Shown piece after piece: positions 56,601-62,000 of a DNA stretch of 64,000 nucleotides. Below the pieces are notes generated by a model. That model saw nothing but the letters and a program-made list of their open reading frames with translations, had not been told where the DNA came from and did not search any database. The first letter of the stretch is position 1; every line of letters begins with the position of its first letter. This stretch comes from an uncultured Christensenella sp. GTDB taxonomy: Bacteria > Bacillota > Clostridia > Christensenellales > UBA1242. Both the position numbers and the translations under genes were made by a program. The stretch is from positions 9,877-73,876 of the forward strand of contig CASESH010000004.1 of the NCBI GenBank assembly GCA_949290565.1, written 5' to 3'.

Positions 56601-58507
56601 GAATACCAGAAGATTTGTGGACTAAGGAATATTCATTAAATAATGATGTTAATTCAAAATACCCTACTATTCGTGGATTAGGCAATGATTGGAAAAATAC
56701 TGAAAGTGAGGCTCTTGTAAGATTTACTGTGGGCAATGATTTTACAAAAGTAAGAAATGAAATTCAAGATTATGTATCTAACACATATCTTCTTGTCGAG
56801 GATGAACAAGGTCAAGTTGTTCAAAGTAAGATTAAAACTTATTTAAGTTTCGCATATGAAAATTTACCTTATAACAAAGATGATGCTTTGAGCAAAGTTA
56901 AAATAAATACTATTTATTTAATAAGTACAGCAGAAGAACTTGCTTGGCTTGGCAACAATGTTAATAATGGAAATATTAATACTTCTAATTGTGAGTTTAT
57001 TTTGCTTAACGATATTGACTTGTCAGGTAAGTATTGGACTCCGATTGGTCTTAGTAGAATTAATTCGTTTAAAGGTATATTTAACTTTAATGGACATGTC
57101 ATCAGTGGTTTGATTATAGATTCTAGTCAATACAATTATGCAGGTTTATTTGGATATACTTCAAATGCTTATATTATTAACGGATACTTAGATGGCGCTT
57201 ATATAATGTCTAGAAATACAAATTCTGATTTGTATGTGGGTGGAATAGTTGGATATTCATCTCAGACAGATTTTAGAAATATTTATGTTTCGACTTCAAT
57301 TTATGCTTATTCACAAAGAAATGTTTATGTTGGTGGACTTGCAGGTTATGTGTTAGGTAATGGTAATACTATTAGTAACATTAATATTAGTAACTATAAG
57401 GGAATTGACTTGGGTAATTATACTGATGAAATTGTCGAGGTTGACTCTAATGGGACAATTATAAGTAGTCAAATGCAATCAACTGATATAAGCATTGGGG
57501 CTTTCAGTGATGGAGGGGAAGTTTATTTAGGTGGTGCTATTGGTTATGTTGTTGGAACTCAAAATCAAACAGGTAATAGTGACTTGTTAGAATATTTGAC
57601 AACTGACATTGATATTGCAGCAGTATCCCTATCTAACGCAAACAATGTTTATGCAGGAGGAGTTGTTGGATATGTTGATAATTTAGTTAACATTAATGCT
57701 TCAAAAACTCTTGGTGTGATAAAAACTTTCTCTGCAAAATTTGATATAATTGGAGGTATTGTTGGATACTTAAATTTAGGAAGTATTAATAATTGTTCAT
57801 TTGAGGGTTATGTCGAATCAAGACAAAGACAAAGTAGTGATTCTCAAAGTATTAGGTCTTATTTAGGAGGTATTGTTGGAGTAACTGAACAAGGTCTAAT
57901 AAATTATAGTAATTCAAGTCTTGGTAGTACAATTCCTAATATTTTAACTACTGATATTGATTTTGGTGCAATTGTGGGTTATGTAATTAATAGTAATACT
58001 ATTAATAGTTATTCAATTAATGTTTATCTTGATTCAAGCAATGGATTTAGCAGTCCTCTTGGAAAATATGACAATTCTATTGTAGATGAAACTTTATTAA
58101 AGAGTAAGTTTACAACTGAAAATACAGTTATTACAGAAGAAAATGGATTTGAAACGTTGTATTGGAATAATAAAAATCTTTTATCAAAGAAGACTTTTGT
58201 AATTGGTTGTGGAAAGCAATCATTCATTGCTAGCATTAATGGTAAGTTAGAAGAATTATTACCATCGGATTCAGACCCTAATCCGGGCTTACTTGTCAGT
58301 GATTTAAAAGAAATGATTTTATCGTGTGAAAGTATTTCAGGTCAAAGTAAGAAAAGTAAGATAGGAATTGCTACCGTAGTAAGTGATGGCGGAATTTTGA
58401 GATATGAATATGTAGAAAAAGAATTAACTCAAAATACAAATATTTTACTTTCATCATTTATCGATTTAGATGTTGACTTAATTACTTGCTATATCACACT
58501 ATTGTAA
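41573..58507 (+). CDS. Giant surface lipoprotein (5,644 aa), paralogous in architecture to the upstream giant: Ig-like regions plus six GLUG-type beta-helix modules
   Basis: Uninterrupted 16,935-nt ORF starting 54 nt after the previous stop. Lipobox FVFVGC. Big_2-like segments are present. There are six N-cap/rung/C-cap modules and about 30 canonical GG[ILV][VAI]G rungs by eye. Confidence 0.9.
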   Translation: MKKIINFILFISLSILTFVFVGCNNRYNNVYVYLAFSYSQNEVVEVLDNGNTRVKTSTSTFDIRPDGSYIVYIQDGKESKVDLKVTFENEPKDFTYKANVSSSVEIVNVSNSNLKIENGVIYSLSFYKEGETQITALNYDSGKSNSIFVEVVNVESNFNFINSNIALAKIDGLSINFNNEIDISSDLVTFDFGSFNDVNDFVLFTNELIENGLNYNTQTNTLTLLNSNILNLDNIVVRATYINPIGDNIVKYVTIDIIPTIENIEVYNGSSYTDAKNSLNRIDSSLDFVVTISGNNYDYRDIVLKVESNGENIVFDFVEDTLFPFEVLQPNKEVVYESEDNVVVDNYQNAKYTYVFYRLKSIKSTTTDEYVNNLYTLKISCNYQDYEVPTYPIYKEIQTKCYALIKNFWINDNGNSNVYLTFDKNNFSNFLNSYSDYFLNENVYTRTSDELNGKSFKIDVKDNSVLEENTSFTIEFYKDNSILVNPTYYFDIHYTDNEGNVLKINNDNELSTKIFNKGTTLYLKTTYDNVDSTNNVFYMIVRATKPDNISRQAVTVVKLNVVEGLESIDNFNYSYFSYKQDGNGDYEVGEDDQFIVEENISQNISFNNFIAQEEIELNYELHKNKYSIVNFSYTPQQASLENVKVFSSNDEIFEVDDSSLESGKIGIIVRSSGKADLIIKIDSILYEYVLPINIYTPVQEFNLYLMEDSYEDGVGQIVTEEFNTINAIVQNMKVFNLQTYIFPYNANNFETQYNLYRVEGENLINIGSYSLNSNQNYEIYDNDFYLNCISKSFRFLNDENVDRKYIIEVILINLNGSQIKRQIEISSYNRIESLNIFTNKVEINNPNNIYYLDKVQSIDDIINNSIDDPSVFNISVQDFGNPTFSFEDFATLEIWMQNIKLSEYSLQDGRLNQVYSIENNCISALSLDSFNNAYWFRLNENYSLQGASIVIKVYINEFNEIIQSQATISVSDLVEVSSIKSNSDEIIHLKQGINTSQTINLTVNNEEAYNKSILTKDLFMMNIDGNYYYVLEDESSNNYINSLITNNNINYTFNVEIAGLFFGQIVTIFMPEDKINSLNDYQDWNNYSYTQVDITQDDFISGLFYYNDNDKFVLEDEFNVNAQYFVRSVDFDKIINLFKETFFIQFVISDGENIPFYVTSFSDLQEINTNSNLANKNFILAKDISLQDINWQPIGNYYVVQLDQTSFEPDVYYIKQDSNYVIANEYDSEEVYYSYGFNGSLSGKYSILSADGSVIENYYKITNIKSNLTINNTYVGLFTNLGQDCVISDLILEFDAFQLSDKQLTRDLIFGGIAAVNYGKLENVEIKFNELRLTSNYNITFGGVVGLNYGYILNVNSNKSHILDGSIYVTSNNADASVIVGGYVGRNYGTIQGIYTDENDIQFSFVDQTSNLNLNINVETKNIGDNPTDKQMIGGVAGFSTGIIKGMVVEGNIVASNTNNVGGLVGFLTTSNQDEQNLNYSIQNSYSSLYVTGYSYVGGAIGRVEGFELNNVNIYNISSENYVTLYQSRTYIKGNNFVGGLIGYSNYAKIEYSYVVSYYDCNLLDLNSNKESVNYDIVGNEYVSSFIAYSLNNIINKSASYINIFGKAYTSAFISFNSDSQIDSIFYIGSIYCSTIQGEESFNNNSYYVIYDIDKNSISQSYSKDVVGDFWAVNDDINNGLPYLVFKDSKKILFATGKIKVDAFVKEVELSYTNYIKVNDHTLFLFYNYDSTNEYTIDVLDLLNTIHIQDFIDIDVNILTDKTSRFNLSSTNDKVISILDNGYLKINGIGRVTLTISSKLNSNYSVSLEVNVIYGISDIELYADTMLLDYEKEQEVLILKKSVNQNLDLDISYNRNIQNNDYNLQPNNNQIGVRFIIKNDDNLKNILNQVSQTSGSVDINSLLKMNADNLWILDQDYYYVDITNFNLYINPTLSFEGELSIYYIPYIVESYNNKNFLTLISSFENPKYFNIQIIDGAKEIIFENSVGSTVQINQIQNFVLTVTIMTDYEDEEIVTNLEILKAQDENFGCREGNLVKNYNVDGNIISVSKTYTFWYQDKVNSILEAKEYKISFWSNSRFSETTKKELVLRIEGYDKLDYISAQIYSDGESDFPHEQSINKIVYNNGKSAILALEVYPYFVDYSKIRISYTTSSAMSLSITQLKYNIQGTGDKFTINTDSGAYIDQNNNLIIEKSSAQDTYQFNTNGIYSYSKSYFFALLVSSSVPNNTVYNLKFEFINRLGQIIKEQSISFSTMTKSLLNLSFNQELKQNNSLYVNSNNEYYYLPFNTKHEIFVDTIVKYDYINWEVSSTDYDLNAVEKEALTPVFENNKWYVNVMNFGTSAVKTNTDLIGKTINLTATIDDSYPVDPCTITFVVTLFTITDISVLYEEDGYLLLENNTTNPLKVNVDVEYDLGLTSSSNNWYTTWYNTNKDNKEDSLYNNIVNAGYNVEQSILDYISFIEEKIAKTNYRPIESGNKQSGIFIYKSNLDGNDEYLTAGKLYNNGAFEVENYNNFIALSGLKDNVNTNLKLLVYLSYSVNSDNATSSGLANVENYNVTFSQNRNPFVFEKDFTVNFYNSINYQNSIPVSNAEEFLGMADANNDESYRLICDIYLENYSPINANMYNFDGNGFTIYITSFDTVLEEDETLVLGLFNNISEDTLISNLNVYYTRNVNIQNNTITNETNIKPVGDEIKVNINTPNTIYFGGMARINNGIITNCKLSGNINVSVLENYYANVNVGGFVYSNSETGYITYSKVEGFNITCYGSSGGFVAENRGKIVSCSFSQSSLKNLSVGNVGAFVLNNYAEIYESFTEGSRLESDVDIRNKGQGISSNGGKVGGFAYYNNSIINDCYSNISLSSSLDTAGFVYLDSASSVISRCYSICYNEVSLTSSGGYSSNAFPFVGPASEFLPKVVVNGNLINCYYLIGNESDWRSQIFYDSQTSEVATTNPNKKATGLSFDDFATHKSFINYDLSLVYSTDLYPNTISFNYVDGYTWVIIEGKPVLASSLVETFSQQRYIGKVKNYSANELRFYSSNDYNLVIGTPSQIGVGQNAITRVNYYADQSQQDLVFTTHTSDYFKTITFTFYSRNNFEELSIVCDIKFDEENQKNYLSARNAEYGNEVKKILDVMVEENGVITNVDSNFRANDTIVISFNQDKMLIENINYKELLSASYNYANYIPNISNLPGSRTNPEIIYDLTSFESKLSSNTEGKFYRLVSDIDLEKKFVSTIGTSFKGVLQGNYMEIDNLSIPYLSNVVTDNVDKQSFGLFAEISVANERSFNTVISNLQLNINEVISSIHNYVGGLAGKIDSRQENGISNSTQRIFLNNITINGVEGSNKIVQGRNAVGGLAGIAIGNVIIKNITSNINVNSSYDESKNSVKNMLYISYSMQTNDQVQEQEKSQNYKNISYAGGVIGIFDAVKVVDPATQRNYNASNIYVMGNNKYTGNIVGMAFGLVGSQSIVNYVNVEVYSSDSTKINASSYGGGIIGENRGVVISSSVFYADENNENNNIAISTYQSYNLFNSQYNSMAIGGLVGLNNGGIIYNSISSIFVRNINSTVAGGAVGRMIEGVLQNVIATGSVIGKSIIGGLIGTLNDIDILVDNNYNSLSLININDLIYEEITGSSLGLKTKALIANCVAGNNWLSYDYNYYENLLVIDKTAVSGFIGLISMYSSTDDFNESSLDKIEFRSHSYYSNTLYSNYNSYTNADKYLKASYVSKDLDYVNTNMIYKPLILKDSSGLQTVFPYSTSEFYYDSISTNVYYEIKGEKNPNYKISTTVEGDYYARKIYSIKVVNPVSLQNQDSFYKLIDMSLWNTEYQYRDYTWFINRFGKIYKNIEGQYVEIKNEKEFNDFYVANDDIYPNVYFISNINLDKLSFEQEYLYSTNDIILYGESDEVLIEFDTLEQLKAQTNVYLNGINFEIDFTNASASDESFVEDSVCEYVFDIKFNLPNLGYVSNISIKVRRNVGVGYEYYTIDSVKLTNVYENIDEISSISMDAQDDGNVINQYYGFVSNTDNIYTEFVFKILTKKLIYSAYNNNYWIFGDNFLSSSSMTMDKYPVNIELAENYIWTDFRSNKNLVDDDIDDDGELEKVYSITSAEDLSQLAYLVNETDWINSDILNGTINIEDVVITLNADIDLSGKYWVPIGTEDSPFRYKFEGNGYTIKYISVNKNSFASNGNVNYAGLFGVIQDAEICNLTIQGGEINWLNAGGLVGKAIDSNIYNIINRNNVNGIAIAGGIIGESQNSSIFNCINYADVSISQQIGINSSYIGGLVGKANMGNFGYSEGLDGEQTNFVNTNYGNLNISNNLNNYVVNDLYDIYAGGLIGLATDVKVGILDSAIETNNNTNNYHTNYGSINVNSNSHTLYVGGVIGYFANQNNLGEKISLYKLRNNGDINVVYSNIDSDVSSENVIDNVVSISAIGGVLGGSEVDFNKLANLGNINLDMITISDGILGVGGVAGKINNLKGQLLTFTENYNSANVNVSSTGNTTFGVGGIIGSIDLSLYDNSQVFEQNIIAYVKDSYNIGNITSNNNSQTSLGGIIGNVLTDDEYSKTIIQNTLNIGYATIYNIDSKQEANSLGAIIGNDNSILLSNPYANENPENPGDYVSKDLNNFYLRGSAYSGNVLYTALCAFNNGRYELVEDISTFAMTRISDNLKNLTTFISSVSSEDGEVEYVWDFDNVWTQMYDTWYPTLIDNNSTSYWEDKLEQVYSSTNYYQINSAMELSYIANQINTGKLDSYGKVFELTNYIDLSNNYWTPIGNEKYPFEGTFNGNNYTIKNLTIDGSIMSNNIYGGLFGYVENAVIQNINLVSPIIKNVSYAGALAYSVVNSKISYVYTEKGESNNSIIQGNLGAGGLIYLLKDSNYTVNNLVVNKGLYLSYNNVPVSRNTSIDTTCIVGGLVGSLENSLISNSYNSYEAVVTIKNVSGNVTLEGVTIAGSIDQSSDIENVFNISTMVNQQTESGETNNITPAIFEMKENDKGVKQLKIKETNYEPIFDNLLDSTQGIPEDLWTKEYSLNNDVNSKYPTIRGLGNDWKNTESEALVRFTVGNDFTKVRNEIQDYVSNTYLLVEDEQGQVVQSKIKTYLSFAYENLPYNKDDALSKVKINTIYLISTAEELAWLGNNVNNGNINTSNCEFILLNDIDLSGKYWTPIGLSRINSFKGIFNFNGHVISGLIIDSSQYNYAGLFGYTSNAYIINGYLDGAYIMSRNTNSDLYVGGIVGYSSQTDFRNIYVSTSIYAYSQRNVYVGGLAGYVLGNGNTISNINISNYKGIDLGNYTDEIVEVDSNGTIISSQMQSTDISIGAFSDGGEVYLGGAIGYVVGTQNQTGNSDLLEYLTTDIDIAAVSLSNANNVYAGGVVGYVDNLVNINASKTLGVIKTFSAKFDIIGGIVGYLNLGSINNCSFEGYVESRQRQSSDSQSIRSYLGGIVGVTEQGLINYSNSSLGSTIPNILTTDIDFGAIVGYVINSNTINSYSINVYLDSSNGFSSPLGKYDNSIVDETLLKSKFTTENTVITEENGFETLYWNNKNLLSKKTFVIGCGKQSFIASINGKLEELLPSDSDPNPGLLVSDLKEMILSCESISGQSKKSKIGIATVVSDGGILRYEYVEKELTQNTNILLSSFIDLDVDLITCYITLL
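45041..46635 (+). repeat. Giant 2 beta-helix module 2a
   Basis: N-cap YVTSFSDLQEINTNSNLANKNFILAKDISLQDINWQPIGN. The rungs are IFGGIAAVNYG, TFGGVVGLNYG, IVGGYVGRNYG, MIGGVAGFSTG, NVGGLVGFLTT, YVGGAIGRVEG and FVGGLIGYSNY. C-cap FWAVNDDINNGLPYLVF. Confidence 0.6.
46865..47013 (+). other. Example Big_2-like Ig domain segment in a giant 2 spacer
   Basis: RFNLSSTNDKVISILDNGYLKINGIGRVTLTISSKLNSNYSVSLEVNVIY fits the Big_2 pattern. Confidence 0.5.
49322..50600 (+). repeat. Giant 2 beta-helix module 2b (variant GFV rungs, counterpart of 1b)
   Basis: N-cap IPVSNAEEFLGMADANNDESYRLICDIYLENYSPINANMYNFDGNGFTIYI. The rungs are YFGGMARINNGIITNC, VGGFVYSNSETGYITYS, SGGFVAENRGKIVSCSF, VGAFVLNNYAEIYESF, VGGFAYYNNSIINDCY and TAGFVYLDSASSVISRCY. 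C-cap GYTWVIIEGKPVLA. Confidence 0.6.
51151..52600 (+). repeat. Giant 2 beta-helix module 2c
   Basis: N-cap PEIIYDLTSFESKLSSNTEGKFYRLVSDIDLEKKFVSTIGTSFKGVLQGNYMEIDNLSI. The rungs are YVGGLAGKIDS, AVGGLAGIAIG, YAGGVIGIFDA, YGGGIIGENRG, AIGGLVGLNNG, VAGGAVGRMIE and IIGGLIGTLND. Confidence 0.55.
53861..55680 (+). repeat. Giant 2 beta-helix module 2d
   Basis: N-cap SITSAEDLSQLAYLVNE...ITLNADIDLSGKYWVPIGTEDSPFRYKFEGNGYTIKYISV. The rungs run NAGGLVGKAID, IAGGIIGESQN, YIGGLVGKANM, YAGGLIGLATD, YVGGVIGYFAN and so on. C-cap VWDFDNVWTQMYDTWYPTLI. Confidence 0.6.
55735..56685 (+). repeat. Giant 2 beta-helix module 2e (short)
   Basis: N-cap YQINSAMELSYIANQINTGKLDSYGKVFELTNYIDLSNNYWTPIGNEKYPFEGTFNGNNYTIKNLTI. 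The rungs are IYGGLFGYVEN, GAGGLIYLLKD and IVGGLVGSLEN. C-cap LWTKEYSLNNDVNSKYPTI. Confidence 0.6.
56911..58200 (+). repeat. Giant 2 beta-helix module 2f
   Basis: N-cap IYLISTAEELAWLGNNVNNGNINTSNCEFILLNDIDLSGKYWTPIGLSRINSFKGIFNFNGHVISGLII. The rungs are YVGGIVGYSSQ, YVGGLAGYVLG, YLGGAIGYVVG, YAGGVVGYVDN, IIGGIVGYLNL and YLGGIVGVTEQ. The C-cap-like sequence is FETLYWNNKNLL. Confidence 0.6.
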
Positions 58508-58511
58508 AATA

Positions 58512-58546
58512 AAAGAGTTCAGTATTTTAACTGAACTCTTTTTTTA
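58512..58546 (+). terminator. Rho-independent terminator closing the giant-gene pair
   Basis: It begins 7 nt after the stop at 58507. Perfect 9-bp stem agagttcag (58514-58522) / ctgaactct (58531-58539) with an 8-nt loop, followed by T7 (58540-58546). Confidence 0.75.
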
Positions 58547-58818
58547 ATTTAATTTTTAGATAAAAAAACAAGAAAAACTACAATAATTTTCATTTTAAAT
58601 TTTTTATAAAATAATAAAATATAGTTTAAAAATTTACTTTGTTTTATATTGGAGTTTAAAAATTCTTTTTGTCTATTTAAACTTTATCTTTTTTGTAGAA
58701 AAATGACTTTATTTAAATTATTTTTTTATTATTTTTAAATGTCAATGATATTAGAAAATATCTATTAATTTATATTTTATAAACTTATGCAAATTTACTA
58801 AATTTTTACAAAAATCTA

Positions 58819-58847
58819 TTGACTAAAATTTTTTGTTGTGCTAATAT
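58819..58847 (+). promoter_or_regulatory. Candidate sigma-A promoter for rpoBC (extended -10)
   Basis: TTGACT (58819-58824), a 17-nt spacer, then TGcTAATAT (58839-58847). It would give a leader of about 205 nt before rpoB ATG 59059. Confidence 0.45.
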
Positions 58848-59058
58848 CTAAAATGCTTTATGCTGTAAGTATTATGCAGTTATTTTTTTAGTGAATTAAA
58901 AGGGCTATTTTATAGGGGGTAAAAAAGGAAAAATTATGTAAATTTTTATGTTAAGTGTTAACTTTTTATCGTAAATTATTACATAATTTTTTCTTATTTT
59001 CACTTGAAATTTATTGTGTAACATTTAATATTAATAGAATTTTATTTGAGGAGTAAAA

Positions 59059-62000
59059 ATGGGACAATCTAATCCAGCAATTAAAAAAACTAAGTATGGA
59101 AAAGTCGAAAGGTATAATTTTTCGAAGATTGAAGAACCTATTGAGATGCCTTATCTCATCGCCATTCAAAAAGATGCCTATAAAAATTTTTTGGAACATG
59201 GTATTGCAGAAATTTTAGAAGAATTTTCTCCAATTACTGATTATAGTGGAAAGGCTGAAATTTATTTTGTAAATTATTCGCTTGATCCTACTAGTAAATA
59301 CTCTAAACAAGAGGCTAGAAGAAAGGGTGTCACTTATTCTGTCGCTTTAAAAGCAAGAGTAAGACTCGTTAGAAAAGAAGATGGCGAAGTTATTGAACAA
59401 GAAGTTTTCTTAGGAGATATTCCTCTTATGACAGAAGAAGGCTCTTTCATTCTAAATGGTATTGAAAGGGTTGTTGTTAGCCAAATTGTTAGATCTCCTA
59501 GCGCTTACTTTGCTAAAGAGCAAGATAAAACGGGTAAATATTTATTTAATGGTACAATTATTCCTACTCGTGGTACTTGGATTGAAATTGAACAAAATGC
59601 AAATGATATTTTAAAAGTTGTCATTGATAGAAGTAGTAAAGTTACACTAGGTGTTTTCTTAAAGTGTTTTGGATTTACAAAAAATCAAATTATAGATATT
59701 TTTGGTAATAATCCTATCATTGCAAATACTCTTGATAAAGAAACCCAGGAAACCCAAGAGGATTCCTTAATTGAATTAAGTAGAAAGATGAGACCTAGTG
59801 AAATTCCTAGTGCTGAGGCTACTTATAATTTTATTAATTCTCTTTTCTTTACTCATCAATATTACAACTTAGCAAGAGTTGGTAGATATAAACTTAATAA
59901 AAAACTTAGTATTGCAACTCGTATTACAGGACAAACTGCCTATGGAGATATTAAATTAGGTAATAAAATCTTTGTTAAAGATGGGGAAATTATTGATAGA
60001 GAAGTTGCTAAGAAAATTCAAAATGCTGGTATAAATGAAGTTTGGCTTAGAGCAAAGACTTTAAGAGGCGAGTTTAAGATGGAAAATAATAAATTCGTTC
60101 CTCATAAAGTTATTGGTAATAATAGAGTAGATTTATCTGCTATCTTCCCTTGTGATGAAAAAGAACTAGGTATTTTAGAAAAAGTTCACTATCCTACACT
60201 CCAAAAAATCTTAAAAGAATTTAAGACGGAAGAAGAAAGAATCGATGCAATAAGAGAAAATGCAAAACAACTTATGAATTTCCAACTCACTATGGATGAT
60301 ATTATTGCTACAATTAGTTATCACTTGGACCTTAACGATGGTATTGGTGAGATTGATAATATTGACCATTTGGCAAATCGTAGAATTGCAACTGTTGGCG
60401 AACTTATGTCTAATGCTTTCAGAAGCGGTGTAAATAAACTTGCTAGTGTTGTAAAAGAAACTTTACAAGCACAGGATTTGTCAACTGTTAATCCTGCTTC
60501 GGTTATTAATGCTAGACCGATAAATAAAGCACTAAAAGATTTCCTTGCAAGTTCACAACTTTCTCAACTTATGGACCAAGTTAACCCAATTAGTGAGTTA
60601 ACTCAAAAAAGAAAAATTTCTGCTGTTGGTCCTGGTGGTGTTAAAAAAGAGAGAGCAACTTCCGAAGTTCGTGATATTCACTATTCTCATTATGGTAGAA
60701 TATGTGCTATTGAGACTCCTGAGGGACAAGGTATTGGTCTTATAAACTCACTTGCAACATATGCAAAGGTTAACGAGTATGGTTTCTTACTTTCTCCACT
60801 TAAAGTAGTTGACAAGCAAAAGGGAATTGTTACTAATGAAGTTGTTTATTTAATGGCTGATGAAGAAGAAAATTGTTGCGTTGCACAAGCAGTTGAACCT
60901 CTAACTCCTGAGGGTAAATTTGTAAACTCTCGTGTCGTTGTTAGAAAAAAAGAGTCTGTTCTTGAAGTTCCTGCTAGTGAAGTTGATTATGTTGACGTTT
61001 CTCCAAGACAATTAATTTCTGCTGCAACTGCTCTTATTCCTTTCCTTGCAAACGATGATACTGCTCGTGCATTAATGGGCTCTAACATGCAAAGACAGGC
61101 TGTTCCTTTGTTAACAAATGAGGCTCCTATTGTTGGAACAGGTATTGAGCATAAAATTGCTGTTGATAGTGGGGCGATGGTCCATGCTAAAAATGGTGGT
61201 TATGTAAGTTATGTTTCTGCTACTGAAATTAGAGTAAAGAATGATGATGGAGAAATAGATTGTTACAATTTAATTAAGTTTACAAAGACTAATAAAGATA
61301 CTTGTATAAATCAAAAACCATGCGTAATTAAAAATCAAAGAGTAGAAGCAGGAGATGTTCTTGCAGACGGATTCTCAACAAAAGATGGAGAACTCGCTCT
61401 TGGTAAAAATATGACAATCGCTTACATGAATTGGGAAGGTTATAACTATGAAGATGCTATTCTTATTTCAGAAAGACTTGTAAGAGATGATTTGTTCACT
61501 TCAATTACTTTAAAAGTAGAAGAAAGTAAGGCTCGTAGTACTAAATTGGGTGATGAAGAAATTACCAGAGATATTCCTAATCTTGGAGAGGAGGCTCTTA
61601 AAAACTTAGACGAAAATGGTATTGTTAGAATAGGTGCAGAAGTTAGAACAGGTGATATTCTTGTTGGTAAGGTTACCCCTAAGGGTGAAACAGAATTAAC
61701 TCCTGAGGAAAGGCTTTTAAGGGCTATTTTTGGCGAGAAGGCAAGAGAGGTTAGAGATACTTCTCTTAGAGTTCAGCATGGTTGTGGTGGTATTGTTGTT
61801 GATGTCCAAGTATTTACTAGAAAGAACAAAGATGAACTTGAACCTGGTGTTAACACTATGGTTAAAGTTTATGTTGCTCAAAAAAGAAAACTTTCAGTTG
61901 GAGATAAAATGGCTGGAAGACATGGAAATAAAGGTGTTGTAAGTAGAATACTTCCACTTTCCGATTTGCCTTATATGGAAGATGGCACTCCTGTTGATAT

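Noticed and set aside
17615-58507. Giants as IgA1-protease/M26-type zinc metalloproteases, RTX toxins, Rhs/YD polymorphic toxins or NRPS/PKS
   Set aside because: Scanning both translations by eye, I found none of the following:
- an HExxH motif
- GGxGxD nonapeptide (RTX) repeats
- YD/Rhs repeats
- adenylation, ketosynthase or carrier-protein motifs
- a downstream immunity-like small ORF

Only the GLUG-type scaffold is shared with M26 proteins. A distant enzymatic domain cannot be excluded without profile searches.
58855-58890. Possible leader attenuator hairpin after the rpoB promoter candidate (ctgta...tgcag followed by ttattttttt)
   Set aside because: The stem is only about 5 bp and includes a G-U pair. 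That is too weak to call in an AT-rich spacer without energy calculation or conservation.
17396-59058. The giant locus as a mobile genomic island
   Set aside because: I saw no integrase, transposase or recombinase ORF, no flanking tRNA, and no direct or inverted terminal repeats. Composition and codon style look the same as in the flanking core genes. Horizontal origin cannot be ruled out without compositional statistics or comparative genomics.
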